The notes under the pieces were generated by a model. The model worked only from the letters and a program-made list of their open reading frames with translations. It did no database searches and was not told the DNA's origin. 64,000 nucleotides of DNA from Azolla caroliniana (taxonomy: Eukaryota; Plantae; Polypodiophyta): positions 30,752,001 through 30,816,000 of the forward strand of contig JBHGNT010000001.1 in NCBI GenBank assembly GCA_043228905.1, read 5' to 3'. Of the stretch, positions 23,164-37,433 are shown one piece after another (position 1 is the stretch's first letter; each line of letters starts with the position of its first letter). Made by a program: the position numbers and the translations under genes.

Positions 23164-26100
23164 ATGTCTAGGTTCAACCCTCATTGAATTAGATACCAAT
23201 ATTAATGTCCAAGATAGGGATTGAAAATTTTACCGTCTAGGCTCTAATGAACTACCTTACCAACTTTAAACATGTATAAAATTTTAAATTTTTTAATAGA
23301 AAATTCTCCACAAATGTTAAGCCATCATTCAAGAATTATAATCATCTAAACTATCAACCACAAAACACCCCTATTAGTCATCCAAAAGGGGGCATGTCAT
23401 TCTAATGAAAAGTAGAACCAATCATCTCCAATAATATCAATATAGAGGGGACAAAATATGTAACTAAATGAAAGGGTATTTTGTGAATTAAGAAATGTAG
23501 CCTTTAAAGATATCCATGAATCACAATTTTCACAAAATCAATTTATATAAGACCTATTCATGGGTTATTTCATTATCTGAAGTAGGAAAGATAATTACTT
23601 TATGATAATAGATACACCATTGATGTAGCTTGTCCTTCTCCTTTTATACACAACCTCAAAGAAATAAGAGAGACTGTTATGTTTAATTAAGCATTGCTAC
23701 CATCTTATTGGATCTTTTCTTCCTTCCTTTTTATGTGCAATCAAGTAATGTTGTAACATTGTTTTGATAAAATTTCTCATTGAAGGATCTAGCTTAAACA
23801 TGCCTTTTATAAGTATAGATCATGATTGTCCTAGTGTGGCGGACAATAATTTAAGGTTCACACTTTCCTAAATCAACTGATAAGATTCTCCTTGGGTATA
23901 CAACCCCTTGCTACCTTCCGTTCCTAGCTCCAATAAACATGTATTGATCCATACCCGTTTTTGACTGAGTGCAGGTCATCGGGTGAAACATCTGAGGGGA
24001 CCATCATAACCCTTGTCTATCACCCAACGGAATGCTTAGCTTCCAACTCCAATGAACTACAGGTATCAAAGCTACCTCGTATTGGCACCTATCTTTGGTT
24101 GGCGAGAAGAGCGTGGATCTCCCCTTATGTAAACCTCTCAATGTTAACAATCCTAGAGTATCTAGTTTTGGTTTTTTATTGTTTCGTACTTACTTCATGA
24201 TAGTAGGATGAAGTTTTTAGGTTGTTTTGGTTCCATGTTCATGTTTTCACATATTCCAACAATTTATTTGCGTGATCTTTTGATCCCATTTCCTTAATAT
24301 ATTTTCATGTTTCCATCTCTTATATTGTTTTCGTTTTTTAATTCACACATCATATTAGTAACGATACTTTAGTATTAGAGGTTAGTGGGCCTTATCCTTA
24401 AGGTCTTGCACCGCCCAACCTTGGCTAATATGCATTTGTCTGCATATATGTATGCATGTGTGTGTATGTCCATTTGTGTATGAATTCCTTGCACATCATG
24501 ATTTGGAAACAAAGACACATTCATTGCGCATATGCAAGTAGTCCATCATAAGCATAGACTTTACACTTACATGGTTTACAAAAGTGTATTCTACAATTCT
24601 GTCTATCCTAATTTCAATAAGCTCACTATTCTTTGATATTTTTCAAGACATTCTTGTCTTTTGTTAAGTTTGGGAAATACAAGTATTCTCATAATCCCCC
24701 ACTAATGAGTTACATTGTGTACCTATTCATTCACAATTATGATTATCATCTCGTAAATTGCTTTACACACCTCATAGCAAAGTCCTCTTTAAGGAAAATT
24801 CAAGAATCCTCAGACAAAGTCCAACTCAATTGGATCAATCTTTGAGAAATTCCATATCATCTGGAATATTCATGAAGAAACATCCATGGGGAAATCCGTG
24901 TATTGTAAAAGACTTACGTAGAGCACAAATGGTTGGTTTTGTGTTGCTTAACTCTTCTTATAGTTCTTGGTGGCTAGACAGAAGTTGCCTTGACATATAG
25001 CTCTTGTATTATTCCAATCGAGCTACAAAGGATCGCATGAACCCTAATCTTGGAGATATGGTGTACAAATATGTGTAGTTCTTGTATATACACATCAAAT
25101 CGGCTATGATGTGAGCACAATGGAGTCGGTTGGTATACTCCTTTATCCAACACAACTTTTGTATTTCTTATGATTTTATAATACCAAGGCATATCTCTTT
25201 AGGGAAAAAAGAAAAAGAAAAAGGATCGCAGGAACCCATAGAAATGGTACAACATTTGAGCACTTTGTCTTCCAAGTTAACTCACCCATGAAGACTTCTA
25301 GAGTGATTTTAACTATTGATGTATAGTTTTATCAATATTCTTAAAATTGGATATGTTCTCTCGAGGCTCATGCATAGTCAAAAGATTTGTTGGAAAACTA
25401 CAAAACTTACCAAAAGACTTGATTATTTGTTTCTCGTACAACATTAAGCAACATATGATGGATTGCATAACATATAAAATATCATTGGAAAATTTATCAC
25501 TTGTTCTCTTGGAGGACTGATTGAATTAGCCATCTCAAATGTATGGGCCATAGAAATCATAGACAAAATGGTTGGCAATTTCAAAAATCCAAGATCACAA
25601 CTTTATGTTGATGGCAGATGCATACAACATGAGTAGCAAAAGATGGATCAAGTGAAAGGCCCAAATGGAGATATCGACTTTTTGAATGGGCTTTAAATCA
25701 ATTGAGCTAACTTTACTTCAAAAATTTATTTGATCCCACAACATTACTCAAGAAACATTATAATGAATCTAATGTATTATTAAATTATACAATGGTAAAT
25801 TTTTGTAACAATATTGTAGGTTGTGCCCTTGACTTCCTCATAGATGTATCAATGAGACATTGTTTTGAAGCTTGGTAAATTTCATTAATAAATTATAATG
25901 CATGTCAGTTTTCATGAAATGTGTATTCAAGTTTGAATTAGCTAATGGACATATAAAGTTTCAAATTTGGGAGCTCGTAGTAGAGTATTTATATATATCT
26001 TGATGGCAATGGATGCATGCTAAAAAACCTGGTAACCTTCGTAGTGTGAAATCTAGCATGACGTAAGTCATGAACTAGTTGTCGTAAAAGAGAATTTGGG

Positions 26101-26721
26101 TATGCAAGTGGGGTGCTTGTGGAGCTAGAACTTACAGAATATTCAATATATCTTTTGAGTATAGACGAGAGTAACCTATAATGTGAATACGGTCATTTCA
26201 CGATGCCGTTTTGCAACTTGTTAGGTCACTCGAATGAGATGACAAATATTGAAAGAATACAAAGAACATTCTCATGATTCAAAAAGATGAAAATAAATAA
26301 ATAAAAGTATTCTTAATCTAACTCCAATTGAATATTTAACACGTTCCTACTAGCCTTTTTATGAACTAGTAGATGGCGCATAATATTTTACCAAGTGTCA
26401 TCACTCAATCAAGCTATGTGTTGTGGTAAGAATGTGTACATAAATATGGCACATGGGGACTTAAACACGCCGATTTTGAAATCTTGTGTGTATATGAGAT
26501 CCATTGTATACAATGATTTCGTTTAGATAAGAAGCACTCTCTTAAGATTGCAACTTGGACACATGTAACATAAAAGATAGAAGCTTTTGTAGGCAAATGT
26601 GTGTATCCATATGCCACATTATCGCAATATCAAAATTTGACTTGTAAGTGTAAAGATATTAGAATATTGATTTTTAGTTAGACATAAAAGAAGAAGTACT
26701 ATAAACACTAGAGCTTGCTTG

Positions 26722-26724
<3 letters not shown>

Positions 26725-26769
<45 letters not shown>
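26725..26769. repeat. (AG)n microsatellite
   Basis: Direct reading. Confidence 0.95.
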
Positions 26770-26772
<3 letters not shown>

Positions 26773-28617
26773 AAATTACCCAAAAAGAAAGAAAAAGAAA
26801 AAAGAAAAAAGAGAGAGACTAACATGAGAGTTTATAGACAAAGTTAAGGTAAAGATAAGTCGCTAGTATTAATACTGAAATAACTACAATGTACATCGAG
26901 AACATACATATATACAATACCATATGAGAATGTTCAAACCACACACATGCATGTGTGCACACACACAAACACAATTGTTTTTAGTAATACAAAACAAATA
27001 TGCTCAAGGCTTTACAAGCCCCCATGGGCATGGTTAGGGATGATACCAATGATGGTTTGTGAGGTAGACCTCTCCAATCTAGGAAGGGGCTAAACAACCT
27101 CCCTAACATGTTGGTGTTAGCATGAAAACGATTGGCACGGATGGTGTCATTCTTTCAACATCATGTAATAATAGGATGATCGAGTCGGTGCAAAATGTAG
27201 TCTACATCAACAATCATGATTGCAATCTTGACTCTTGAGCACTTAAGATGATGTGATATGGGGGACACCAAAGCCTCACATGGCAGAGGTTAGAATTTAA
27301 ACAAGACTCCTATGGTGCAAGCATGTGATCACAACATAGGTCATGCTAGCACTTTGTTTTTATGCTCCAAGATGTAAGCCTAGTACATGACCAACATTGA
27401 GTTCCTCCTATAGACTAGATACACATATTGCATACCCATGAACTCACATGCATGTCTCATGTCAAAGGGTGTTAGTTCCCAAAGTTTGACAATGGAGTGA
27501 GCTACCCTAGGAATGAAACATTCTCGATGAAAAAACAAAGATTTCTGCTAGTATTAATGTGGGAAAAAGTTGTAACTTGCTAGAGAGGGGAAGATAAAAG
27601 AGCAAAGGGACACATGCCTACATCCACATATACACATGTAATGATACTTCAAAGATGCAACTTGTGGGAAAAAAGGAACGTAAAAGACTATAAGTATGAA
27701 CATAGAGAGAGCTAATTCCAATGTGAAGCGGATATTAGTGAAACCATAATTAGAAGATGACAACTTGACAAAGGCGGAGGAGAAAAGCACAAAAAGAGAA
27801 TGATGTTAAAGACAACATTTGGAGTTGGCATAAACTCTAGAGGGACAATGTTCGAAGCTGGCAATTTGCAAACTTGGATGGAAAAGCTATAAAACTCAAC
27901 GAGAACAAGGGACCCAATAGACCACTTAGGATGTAAGAGAAGTATTAATAACCCTAGAAGACCTGACACAAAAGAGAGCACAAGTGGTTACCAATTCGTG
28001 TCAATTATAAACCTAAAGTACCTACAACAATTAGAACAATTTTTTTGACGTAATTGTTACTTGTTTTTACAATTTTTGCAACCTATAATCATCTCAAACC
28101 CTCGTCCAAAAACCATTCGTAGATTAATTTATGAACTCAAGATCAATATTGCCAAGATGTAAACACTTAGGGATCAGAAAAACGTTCAATGTTGTGAATT
28201 AGGTGTGAGAATTTTGAAATTGATTGATTCTACTCTTTAAATACATGAAAAACGGCGGCACTTTTTTTACATATTACATGTATCCACACGTAGTAACGAG
28301 GTAGGCTTTGAATCAAATACGTCTTAATAAGTGTGTGCTCTCAAAGGAGTGCCCCTTCGCAATCAATGTATATTTGTTGAAGGCTACAAAGTATCCACTA
28401 GACATTCTTTTGAGTGCTCTGCAAGCAGCAGATTGCCCCAGAGGCCATTATGTGCATGTTGGGCATCCAATTTGTGGCGATCCAGAGTTACACAGAGGAT
28501 TTTGAGAGTGAGTAACATGTAAGAGGGATTTACTAGGAAATAAAATGGAAGGAGGAGACAAATAAATAAATAAACTTGGGGGTGGGTGGGTGGAAGGCAA
28601 TGATGTGGATAGACAGG

Positions 28618-28621
<4 letters not shown>

Positions 28622-28651
<30 letters not shown>
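28622..28651. repeat. (GT)n microsatellite
   Basis: Direct reading. Confidence 0.95.
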
Positions 28652-28653
<2 letters not shown>

Positions 28654-28914
28654 AAATGTGCAAGTTGCCAAAGGTGGAGGAAGAAAGAGCCAAAGGTGTT
28701 TGTTTGCGAAAGGTCGACCTCTCAAAAGGGTGGAGGAAGGGTATAAAGGCTAGAGCCTCTAAAAAGAGAAGGGGAGAGAGTGGGGACCCCCCGGAAACAA
28801 GAAAAACAAAAACAAAAACAAGGAGGATACTGGAGATAAGAAGACTTAAATGACACATAGAAGAAGAAGAAGAAGAAGAAGAAAGAGCTTTTAACGGCGT
28901 CTTCTTGTCAACGA

Positions 28915-29098
28915 GACGTCGACGTCAGATTGGACGGGACGGGACGGATCGGGGACCACCCAGCAGGCACAAGCAACCCCAACGCCAAAAAAAAACAAGA
29001 CTAAGAGAAGAAAGCCAAAAGAAAACTCTTAACTGGCCCACGCAACCCAATGGTTTGACGTCAAAGAAAATGGCAGTCCAACAGCATCTGACGTCAAA
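28915..29098. promoter_or_regulatory. Cluster of C-box (GACGTC/TGACGTCA) palindromes upstream of the bHLH gene
   Basis: GACGTCGACGTCA at ~28915-28927, TTTGACGTCAAA at 29054-29065 and TGACGTCA at 29089-29096; these match bZIP/TGA-type sites. Confidence 0.45.
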
Positions 29099-29250
29099 CA
29101 CACATAATATACACCACCCACCATACAAGCATTTCTTCTTCTTTTTTGCGACCAGTAGACGTGCGCATGCATGGCTCACGGCTAAATGACTTATGCATGT
29201 GCTGCTCTCATCCCCTCCCTCCCCCCCCATCCATCAATCTCACTCATCAC

Positions 29251-29294
29251 ACATACATACATACATACATACATACATACATACATACATACAT
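29251..29294. repeat. (ACAT)n microsatellite
   Basis: Direct reading. Confidence 0.95.
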
Positions 29295-29842
29295 GTACGT
29301 ATATTTCTTTTTCTTTTTCTTTTTCGATTAATTTATATTTACGTACCCCCTTTGTTTATCTACATTAGTTCCTTAAGCTCCTTTCTTTTTAAACAATCAA
29401 TGTCTACAATTTATGCAATAAATATTTATACATGGGGATTTTAGACTACTACCGTATGCGTGTGTGTACCATATATATATATATATTGTGCGTGTTGGAT
29501 AAAATTATAGAAATATCAATACTTTCTAAGCTCCCGTCTTTGTTGTATATGTAATCACGTCCTTTCATAGAGCAATTTTGTTTTTATCCACATCCATATC
29601 CATATGTATGTTACAACTTACAAGTATATATAGAAAGAGAAACAGAGGCAGAGGCATAGGGAAAAGACTCTGGCTACAGTACTTCCTCTACTATAATACA
29701 TAATACATATATATCTCTATAGATATTAGGTTTCCGTCTATACAATACACTAATTCCTTTCAGATCAAACCACAATAATAATATTAAGAGTCAAGACTAA
29801 TAATAATAATAATAAGTAGTAGTAGTAGTAGCAGTAGCAGTA

Positions 29843-31240
29843 ATGGACAACTGCTTGGGTAATAATATGGCACTACCAGTACCTGCAACTTGTGGTGGAG
29901 AACAAAGCCTTGATACCATCAACAGCTACTACCCCCAGCCATATGATCATCATCATCATGAAAATATAAATAGATATAGTCACAGTAATAATACTGCCTG
30001 CATAAATGGTGATGATGATGACTATGATTATTATAGTAAGGCTACAGCTATTATTAATACTACTGCTTCCAATTTCCCGGGCAATTATAACAATGGTACT
30101 GAAGGTGGTGGTGTCGTCTCTCCGTTATCGGTGTTGGATCATAATTTTCTGTATAATGCTGTCGGGGATCCGTTTCTCCATTATTATATCACTGACCATA
30201 GCTATTATAGCAACCATGATGAGGATCTGATCAACACCCAGCGCTCTAGCTATACAGCTACGCAGTGTAGCTTAGATGACGATGATCAGATGATGATGAA
30301 CGCAGCAACCGCTGTGGGCAATGAGAATCATTATGGAGGGATGAATACAAACGCCACGAATGTAATGACCACACCTGGGGTCGAGGCGGCAGAAGAAACG
30401 GTAAATAATGCAAGGGCGTCCATAGAGGCGGTGCCATTAAGGTCGGAGGAAGTGGCGGCGGCGGCGGCGATGATGATGAGGAGGATATGCACGGGCGAGG
30501 TGATGAAGGCGGAGGAGGGAGTTACAGGATGCGGCGGAGGAGGAGGTGGAGGGGGAGTACATATGCAGGGCAGGAGGAGGAGGAGGAGCTGGACGGAGTA
30601 CTACGAAAAGCAGCGCAGCAGTTGTGGTGGGGAGGAGGGGTGCAATAATAATATAGGAGGTGGCACAAGGGAGGCGTTAAGGGTGTCAAAAAGCAGGGGA
30701 GTGGCGCGTGTGGTGGAGGGCCATAATAACCATGATGATCATACGGCACGAGGAGGCGTGGCGGCGGCGGCGGGTCCAGAGAGCAGGAAGAAGAGCAATA
30801 GCAGTAGTGGTAGTAGTAATAATAAAAGTAGTAGTAGTAGTAGTAGTAAGAGGGGCGGCGGCGGCGGCGGCGCGGTGGCGCGGGAGGCGGAGTTCGCGCG
30901 GGCGGCGCTGCGGCCGGTGGATTGGGGTGCGCTGCTGGCGGCGACGGCGGGGAGCCGGCCGAAGCGGCGCAACGTGCGCATCTCGGAGGACCCGCAGAGC
31001 ATCAGCGCCCGGCGGCGGCGGGAGCGCATCAGCGACCGCATCCGCGTCCTGCAGCGCCTCGTCCCCAACGCAGTGAAGCTGGACACGGCGTCCATGCTGG
31101 AGGAGGCCATCCATTACCTCAAATTCCTCAGGTCCCAAGTTCAAGCCCTCCACTCCCTGGAACACACCACCACCTTCTTCCATTCCTCCTCCTCCTCCTC
31201 CCTCTCCCTCTCCCCTTCTACCTTGTATCCCATGCTTTAG
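29843..31240 (+). CDS. bHLH transcription factor, HECATE/INDEHISCENT-like (subfamily VIIIb), intronless, 465 aa
   Basis: [73 protein letters not shown] matches the HEC motif plus bHLH domain. Long low-complexity N-terminus. Confidence 0.9.
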   Translation: MDNCLGNNMALPVPATCGGEQSLDTINSYYPQPYDHHHHENINRYSHSNNTACINGDDDDYDYYSKATAIINTTASNFPGNYNNGTEGGGVVSPLSVLDHNFLYNAVGDPFLHYYITDHSYYSNHDEDLINTQRSSYTATQCSLDDDDQMMMNAATAVGNENHYGGMNTNATNVMTTPGVEAAEETVNNARASIEAVPLRSEEVAAAAAMMMRRICTGEVMKAEEGVTGCGGGGGGGGVHMQGRRRRRSWTEYYEKQRSSCGGEEGCNNNIGGGTREALRVSKSRGVARVVEGHNNHDDHTARGGVAAAAGPESRKKSNSSSGSSNNKSSSSSSSKRGGGGGGAVAREAEFARAALRPVDWGALLAATAGSRPKRRNVRISEDPQSISARRRRERISDRIRVLQRLVPNAVKLDTASMLEEAIHYLKFLRSQVQALHSLEHTTTFFHSSSSSSLSLSPSTLYPML

Positions 31241-34200
31241 GAGAGCTACCCCTACCCTTCTTTACCTTTTGTAATAAAACTTATATTGCTGCAAACTGTA
31301 ATTTGGATCCACCACCCGATTGCTTTTGTCACTAATTCTCTCATGTCCGCCTTCGCATCATCCTTACATACATAACCGATCTCCCATTTATTGCTAGTCT
31401 TAAATAATCATGATCACTAGATTCATTACATTCTCGCCCACCAATATTATGCAGTTAAAATTATGTATTGGGTTCGTTGAGATTCATTACAGCGTATTAA
31501 TGGATGCATTCATCTTTGATGTATCCCTCATAAGGTCATCTCCCCTGCACGAATCAACGAGTGAAATATGATTTAATCATTGGTACTTGGGACACTTGTA
31601 AGATCCTTGGTGAATTTATTAATATATAACTTTTACAGTGCAAATACCTTGACCCCCTCCCCCCTCCTTTTTTTTTTGTTCTTTGGTTCAAAATTATAGA
31701 ACTTTAAAAATAATATGTTGTTATGAATCACCATTCACGCTCTCTTCCTTCTTCTTCTTGGAAATAGAACATTAAAACATGTCGTACACTATAGCAGAGT
31801 CAACTGAGATTTATTTCCCCAAGTTTCCATGTAATAGTGTGTGTCCATTTTTATGAGGAAATATCAACGTCATCAAATCTAAGTACACCTTGCACATTTA
31901 TTGCTAACGTTAACTTAGTGTAGGTCGGGCATTATCCTCAAGGGTACGTACTACCATTAGCTTTTGAATGTTACTAGTGTGAAACCCGTGAGAGTTAGTC
32001 GATACTCTAAAATTTGACAAAAGTTGGTCATGACTCATGAGTCCCAAAATCCTTGTAAATGAACTTTCAAGTGAACGCCAAAAGGGTTTAGCATAATGAT
32101 TGGATTACCTAATATCGTATATACATATTGATTCCATGGCTCCATAAAAGACTACATCGATGGATTCATGGATTGTATACTTCCATTTATGACTTATGGC
32201 TCGTTAATAGCTTCTCTGATTCGTTTTCTTCGTTATTTGTATCTATATAGATTGGTTAGGGTCGTATGGCACGGCTTTACAACATTGACTGTAATATTGG
32301 ACTACTTTGTATATTGGCCACTTTACTTTTAATTCGAATGGAGGATTTTTTTCATGAAAAAAAAAATAGCTTCTGTAATTCCATAACTTTTGATGCATAG
32401 TTTGCTATTTGTCTAAGACACTTGATTCTACACTTTTGATGCATGATCATGGATCTCAAGTTATTATTGTCTAGTTGCACCAAATGATTCTTCAATTCTA
32501 TGGTTGTACCATTCATAACGCAATTGTTTTATTATCAACCATGAAACTTTTACTTTCATTGGTACCCACCCTTCATACATATATTGTTGAAGGAAATTTT
32601 CACCAATGACACCTTGTATTCAGATATTTTGAATATTAAGCCATCATTTTAAGCGTATTTTTTGAAAATTTCCCTAATTTATACTTTTGCACTCTGATCC
32701 TTCATGAGATGTAGACATTTTAACTATAGGTATATATGACAAGCTTGTATGTGCGTATGCCCACCTATGAACTCAAGTATTTAAAACATTTATAGAAATT
32801 CATGGATTTCCCCATATAAGTATTCGCAAATAAATTTGTGAGACAAAATACCAATCATTCCTTTATGTTAGGGACAATATGTCCGAAAAAGTGCACGCAA
32901 ATCATTCATACAATCAATAATTAGGATGGATGTGGCCCTTTGGGTGTGTTGCATGACAATAGAATGCCTAATTATTGGCAAAGTTTGGTAAAATGAGCTA
33001 TTGGTAGGGTTAAGTGGTTAACGTAGAGCTATGTGAACTAGAGGCTTGTCAAAATTCAATGTAATTTGGATATGAATGGACATGTTGGACATGGTCCAAA
33101 ATGTATGACACATGGATATTGGTGATGAGTTATATGGGGAGATGGGAGTCATGCCCTATGGAATATAAAATTCTTTGCATCTTGCTATTAGTCTAAGACA
33201 TGACATCATGCTTCATATATATTCAAACATACATAGGTAAGTCTAGCTCAAGTTTGATGCCTCATCACAAGTGGTAAGGTTACTAATATGTATATATCAT
33301 AAAATATATTGATGAGCTCAATCATATATAATGATGAGGTTATTAGATGTCACACTCTTGTATCCTTGTTTTGCATAATCGTACTTCCATCCTCAACTAC
33401 ACAAGGAGTTAGTGGTATTTGTGATTATAGCCCCACGTGAATAATTAATAGGGCAGTCTATATTTGCATGCTTGGAAGGGCAACTTGGGATGAGTGTAAT
33501 TTTATGACAAGATATGTCATGGCGTTAGGTTTGAAGGAATCTAGGACAACAATTTGGTTGTTGATACATTAGATGCCATCACCCATGTTCTTGTTTATAA
33601 CATAATAATAAGGAACCTTGCAAAAGTATGCATATGCGAAGGCAAAGGCCACAACACAATCATATTGTGTCAATGTCAAATAGCATGACATCGAGGATAG
33701 AGGTGATCAAAAGCCTAGAATAGGGCAAAAGATGGAGATGGGTAGCACTGTAATGGATAACACCATCAAGACAACATGTGATGATTACATGTTGCATTGC
33801 CAACTGGAATGCCTCAATCTCGCATGACATTATATGAGACGACCTACCACAACAACGTTGATAGCAACAATAGGTTGTATTTCTAATAACTTAATTCACA
33901 AAAGAATTGGGGACATGACATAATATGATACAAGAAAACTATCTTTGAGCTCTTTATTATGAATCGATTAATAATGATGAATACTAAATGAAAAAATGAT
34001 TCAGGAAAAAAATGGTGCTTAACTACAACTTATAATACCCAAGAAAAGAATAAGAGATGAACTTAAAAACACATTGGTGTCCCCTACAACCGAATATTAT
34101 ATAATGTTATCGCATGGAAGTCGCAATGAATAATGTATTATTATACCATAGCTTTGCCTTGCAAATGGAGTATGTACTCTCAACAACATCGAAGAGATAC

Positions 34201-34677
34201 CATAAGAAGGGGGTGACTAGTCCTCTTCACATAACTCAACTACTCAGGTTCCCAAGCTTGTCCCAATGGGTTAGTCTCAAATCCTAAACATTTCAAATGA
34301 GCATTTTGAATTGATCTATAAGGTTATGCCTTTAATATTCTCACAATGATTAGACAACTTGTGACATGCTTGTTCTATATTCAAAGGACACACAACAAGG
34401 TTCAATGTATGGCCCTTTAAATAAATGGTGAAGCTCCTACTCGTACTCATCTTGTCACCATCACTAGAGCAATACGATTATGTAAGACACCATTAGTTTT
34501 AAGAATTTCGCAAGACACAAAAACTAAAGTACTACATCCATTGGGTATAAAGATGACTTTATATCAAGACCATATTCTCACATTCATGATACATGGATTT
34601 ACATACCAAACCAACTTAAAGACGTGGAAACTACCGTCTATCTTTGTGAAGAGCTCTTGTTAGTGAGCTCAATTTGC

Positions 34678-34836
34678 CTAATATGCCAAGGTGAGATAGC
34701 GATATAGATAGAGCCCCAAATCAACATCAACGCTTTTGGCTACCTCTCGCTCTCACTAATATGCCAAGGGGCGGGGATAGAGATAATGATAAAGCCCTCA
34801 ATCAACATCAAAGCTTTTGACTATCTCTCGCTCTCA
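34678..34836. repeat. Two-copy ~78-bp tandem duplication
   Basis: ctaatatgccaagg..aaatcaacatcaa(c/a)gcttttg(g/a)cta(c/t)ctctcgctctca occurs twice. Confidence 0.8.
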
Positions 34837-36173
34837 AATATGGACATATTATTGGTGAAGGTTTATTTCAACCCCTTCTAAAGTTATCAATCCCCATGGA
34901 AATGTTAACATGTGAGTTATTTCTCCAAAATAAAAAAATAAAATTACTCTTATGTTTAACGGTTTTAGAAAACACATTTGCTGCTCTAAGAAACATAACG
35001 CCCTAATTACAACTTAATCAATTTCTTTACCTCTCTCAAAGGTCAAATTCACACATTGTGTAAAACGTGGAGTATTAGCAAGAACATGACAAAATGAAAA
35101 ATCCCCAATCCCTCACGGGTTATTACACTAGCTTGGGCTTACATGTATATGGTTACAAGTTGAAGCACGTAACAACTACTGCAATCAAGTTGAAATGACT
35201 ATTGGGAAATCCCATTCTCAAGGTATTGATAAGTTAGCTAAATGTGTCATCTCCCCAATACCAAGGGTTCAACATTCACCGCATAGGAGTGTGGCCCGAT
35301 ACTGTGCCTTTTACTCGCACATTTCTTGGTTGTTGCACATGCAATGTCCACCTCCCATTCGCAATCCCATGTGGGCGGTCCATTAAAGTGGCTTGCTAAC
35401 AACATTTCGTAATCGAAGGTTAGAGGCAATAAATAAACTAGGTGGTCAATGAATTATGTCCATTTGGATGATATCTACTCCTATGACCATGTCGAAAATC
35501 GCAAGGGGGGCTCCCATTATGTTTTACCTTGTTGACATATCGAAAGGGTTTATTACATGACAAAAAATGTACTGAGCGGGGATGATACTCATTTCCCGAT
35601 CAGCCAACATACGTGTCACAAAATTATCCCCTTTGCGAAGAACTAGGCATGGTGTGAGGGGTGCCCAAATGTGGGCCATATTTGGAGATTTGTTGAAATG
35701 TGGGGCTACCAAGGATGAGAATCGGCAGAGGGCACTAACTAGGAAAAGCTTTTGAAACGCCTGAAAAAAATTTGCGCCACAAATAATAACTCGACGTCAC
35801 ATGTTTTGCCGCCATTCCCATGTTCTCAAACCTCTTACAGTAACAATTCCAGTTTTTTGCTGCTGCTTTTGGTTGAAGTCTACGTTTGGCATCGTCTGCA
35901 CACTCAGGTAAGTCTGCATAAAGAGAGAGGGAGATAGATAGATTATAACGAACAGAAAGAAAGAGCAATAGATGTATATGTTGTTTACTGTAACACTGCA
36001 AGAGAGAAAGAAAGATATATTAAGGTCTTCTAAGGCCAAAATTGGCCCATGAGACAATTGGTTTACAACAAAATTAGTATTTATCCAGTCATCATAACTA
36101 AAATAAAATAAAATAAAAATAGAGAGAGAGTGTGTGTGTGAGTGTTTTAGCGTCAATTAATTAGTAGAGATTT

Positions 36174-36174
36174 A

Positions 36175-36208
<34 letters not shown>

Positions 36209-36209
36209 A

Positions 36210-36250
<41 letters not shown>
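36174..36250. repeat. Compound (TC)n(TA)n(GA)n microsatellite forming a self-complementary palindrome
   Basis: Direct reading. Confidence 0.9.
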
Positions 36251-36253
<3 letters not shown>

Positions 36254-36710
36254 ATCAGGTGTTTCAGCGGGAAAAACAGTGAGATTTACTTCTTTTTCGA
36301 GGCCAAAATGGCCTAGAAGACTGCATACATCTTAATATATTGTCTCATCTTTAAGAACACAAACCAAAATAGATGTAACTAAACGAAAATAGAAGTCACT
36401 AGAGAATCCAATTGTCCATAAACGCAAGATTCTGAAGATAGATAGGTTGTATCTTTTGTCTTCAAAAGATTTCTAGCATAGGTCCATCTAGAATGTGATT
36501 TCTGAAGCGAGGGAAGCATATGCAATGGTGGGAGATAATGGTCTCTATCTGTCAATGGCAAGAGTAGCTGCCATAGATAAATATGTAGCAAATTCTCCAC
36601 CACATCTGTAAATTAGGATAGGGAGATGGATCATGCTGCTCACAAGTGACGAAGGGGTACAACATTAATGCCACAACCGTTAGAATTTGCTACAAATCAT
36701 CCATGGCCAT

Positions 36711-36984
36711 GAGACCTATGACAAATCACACAAGGGAGCTGCTTCCCATAAAGATGACCTACAACAAAGTTCTTTTCATGAACTTCTCACAGGGTCCATT
36801 CATATAGAGACCAAGATATAATGACGTCTACATGATGAACAAAACAAGATAGTGCAGTAAGACCTATGACAAATCACATAGAGGAGTTGTTTCCCATAAA
36901 GATGGCCCTCTACAAAGAGATTTTTCATGAACTTCTCACGGTGTGCATTCATATGGAGACCAAGGTACAATGACATCTACATGC
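36711..36984. repeat. Two-copy ~148-bp tandem duplication
   Basis: agacctatgacaaatcaca..ttcccataaagatg..ttttcatgaacttctcac..cattcatat..gagaccaag..aatgac(g/a)tctacatg occurs twice. Confidence 0.85.
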
Positions 36985-37315
36985 TTCATAGTGCTCACAA
37001 AGCATTAAGATTACTCGAAGCTTCCTTACACCAACTCTGAGGTTAGCCTCTAGTAGAGGTCACTCTCAGTCTCTCTCTCACTGCTGTTGGATTACACTTG
37101 TAATCATGACTTGTCTAATCGGCTGAATTTAGCCTTTTAGTAGAGGTTAAACTCTCTCACTCTCTCTAACTTTGCCATTTGTTTAAACTCCTAGCTTGAT
37201 CCTCATCATGGCCTGGGCACTGCCTGAAAATGTACTCAATGCTTGTGAAACAGCTTTTTTCGCTTTCAACTGTTTGAGATGGCCATACAAATATGTCCTA
37301 CTGTCAACGGTGTGT

Positions 37316-37433
37316 AAAGATTTCTCATTTCACTATTAACAGGTGTAATCTTACTTTGATCCTAGAGTTTGTAAAAAGATTTCTCATTTCACTATTAACA
37401 GGTGTAATCTTACTTTGATCCTAGAGTTTGTAA
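37316..37433. repeat. Near-perfect two-copy 59-bp tandem duplication
   Basis: aaagatttctcatttcactattaacaggtgtaatcttactttgatcctagagtttgtaa occurs twice. Confidence 0.9.

Noticed and set aside
23830-24420. Possible solo LTR
   Set aside because: No convincing TG...CA termini with a TSD found.
27964-27984. miR535/miR156-like sequence TGACACAAAAGAGAGCAC
   Set aside because: Several mismatches to the known miRNAs and no nearby complementary arm.
29843-31240. Assignment as LAX1/BA1/ROX-type bHLH
   Set aside because: The RPVD..[15 protein letters not shown] motif points to the HEC/IND group instead.
30522-31335. Antisense and alternative-frame ORFs over the bHLH
   Set aside because: Expected by-product of GC-rich coding sequence with few stop codons.
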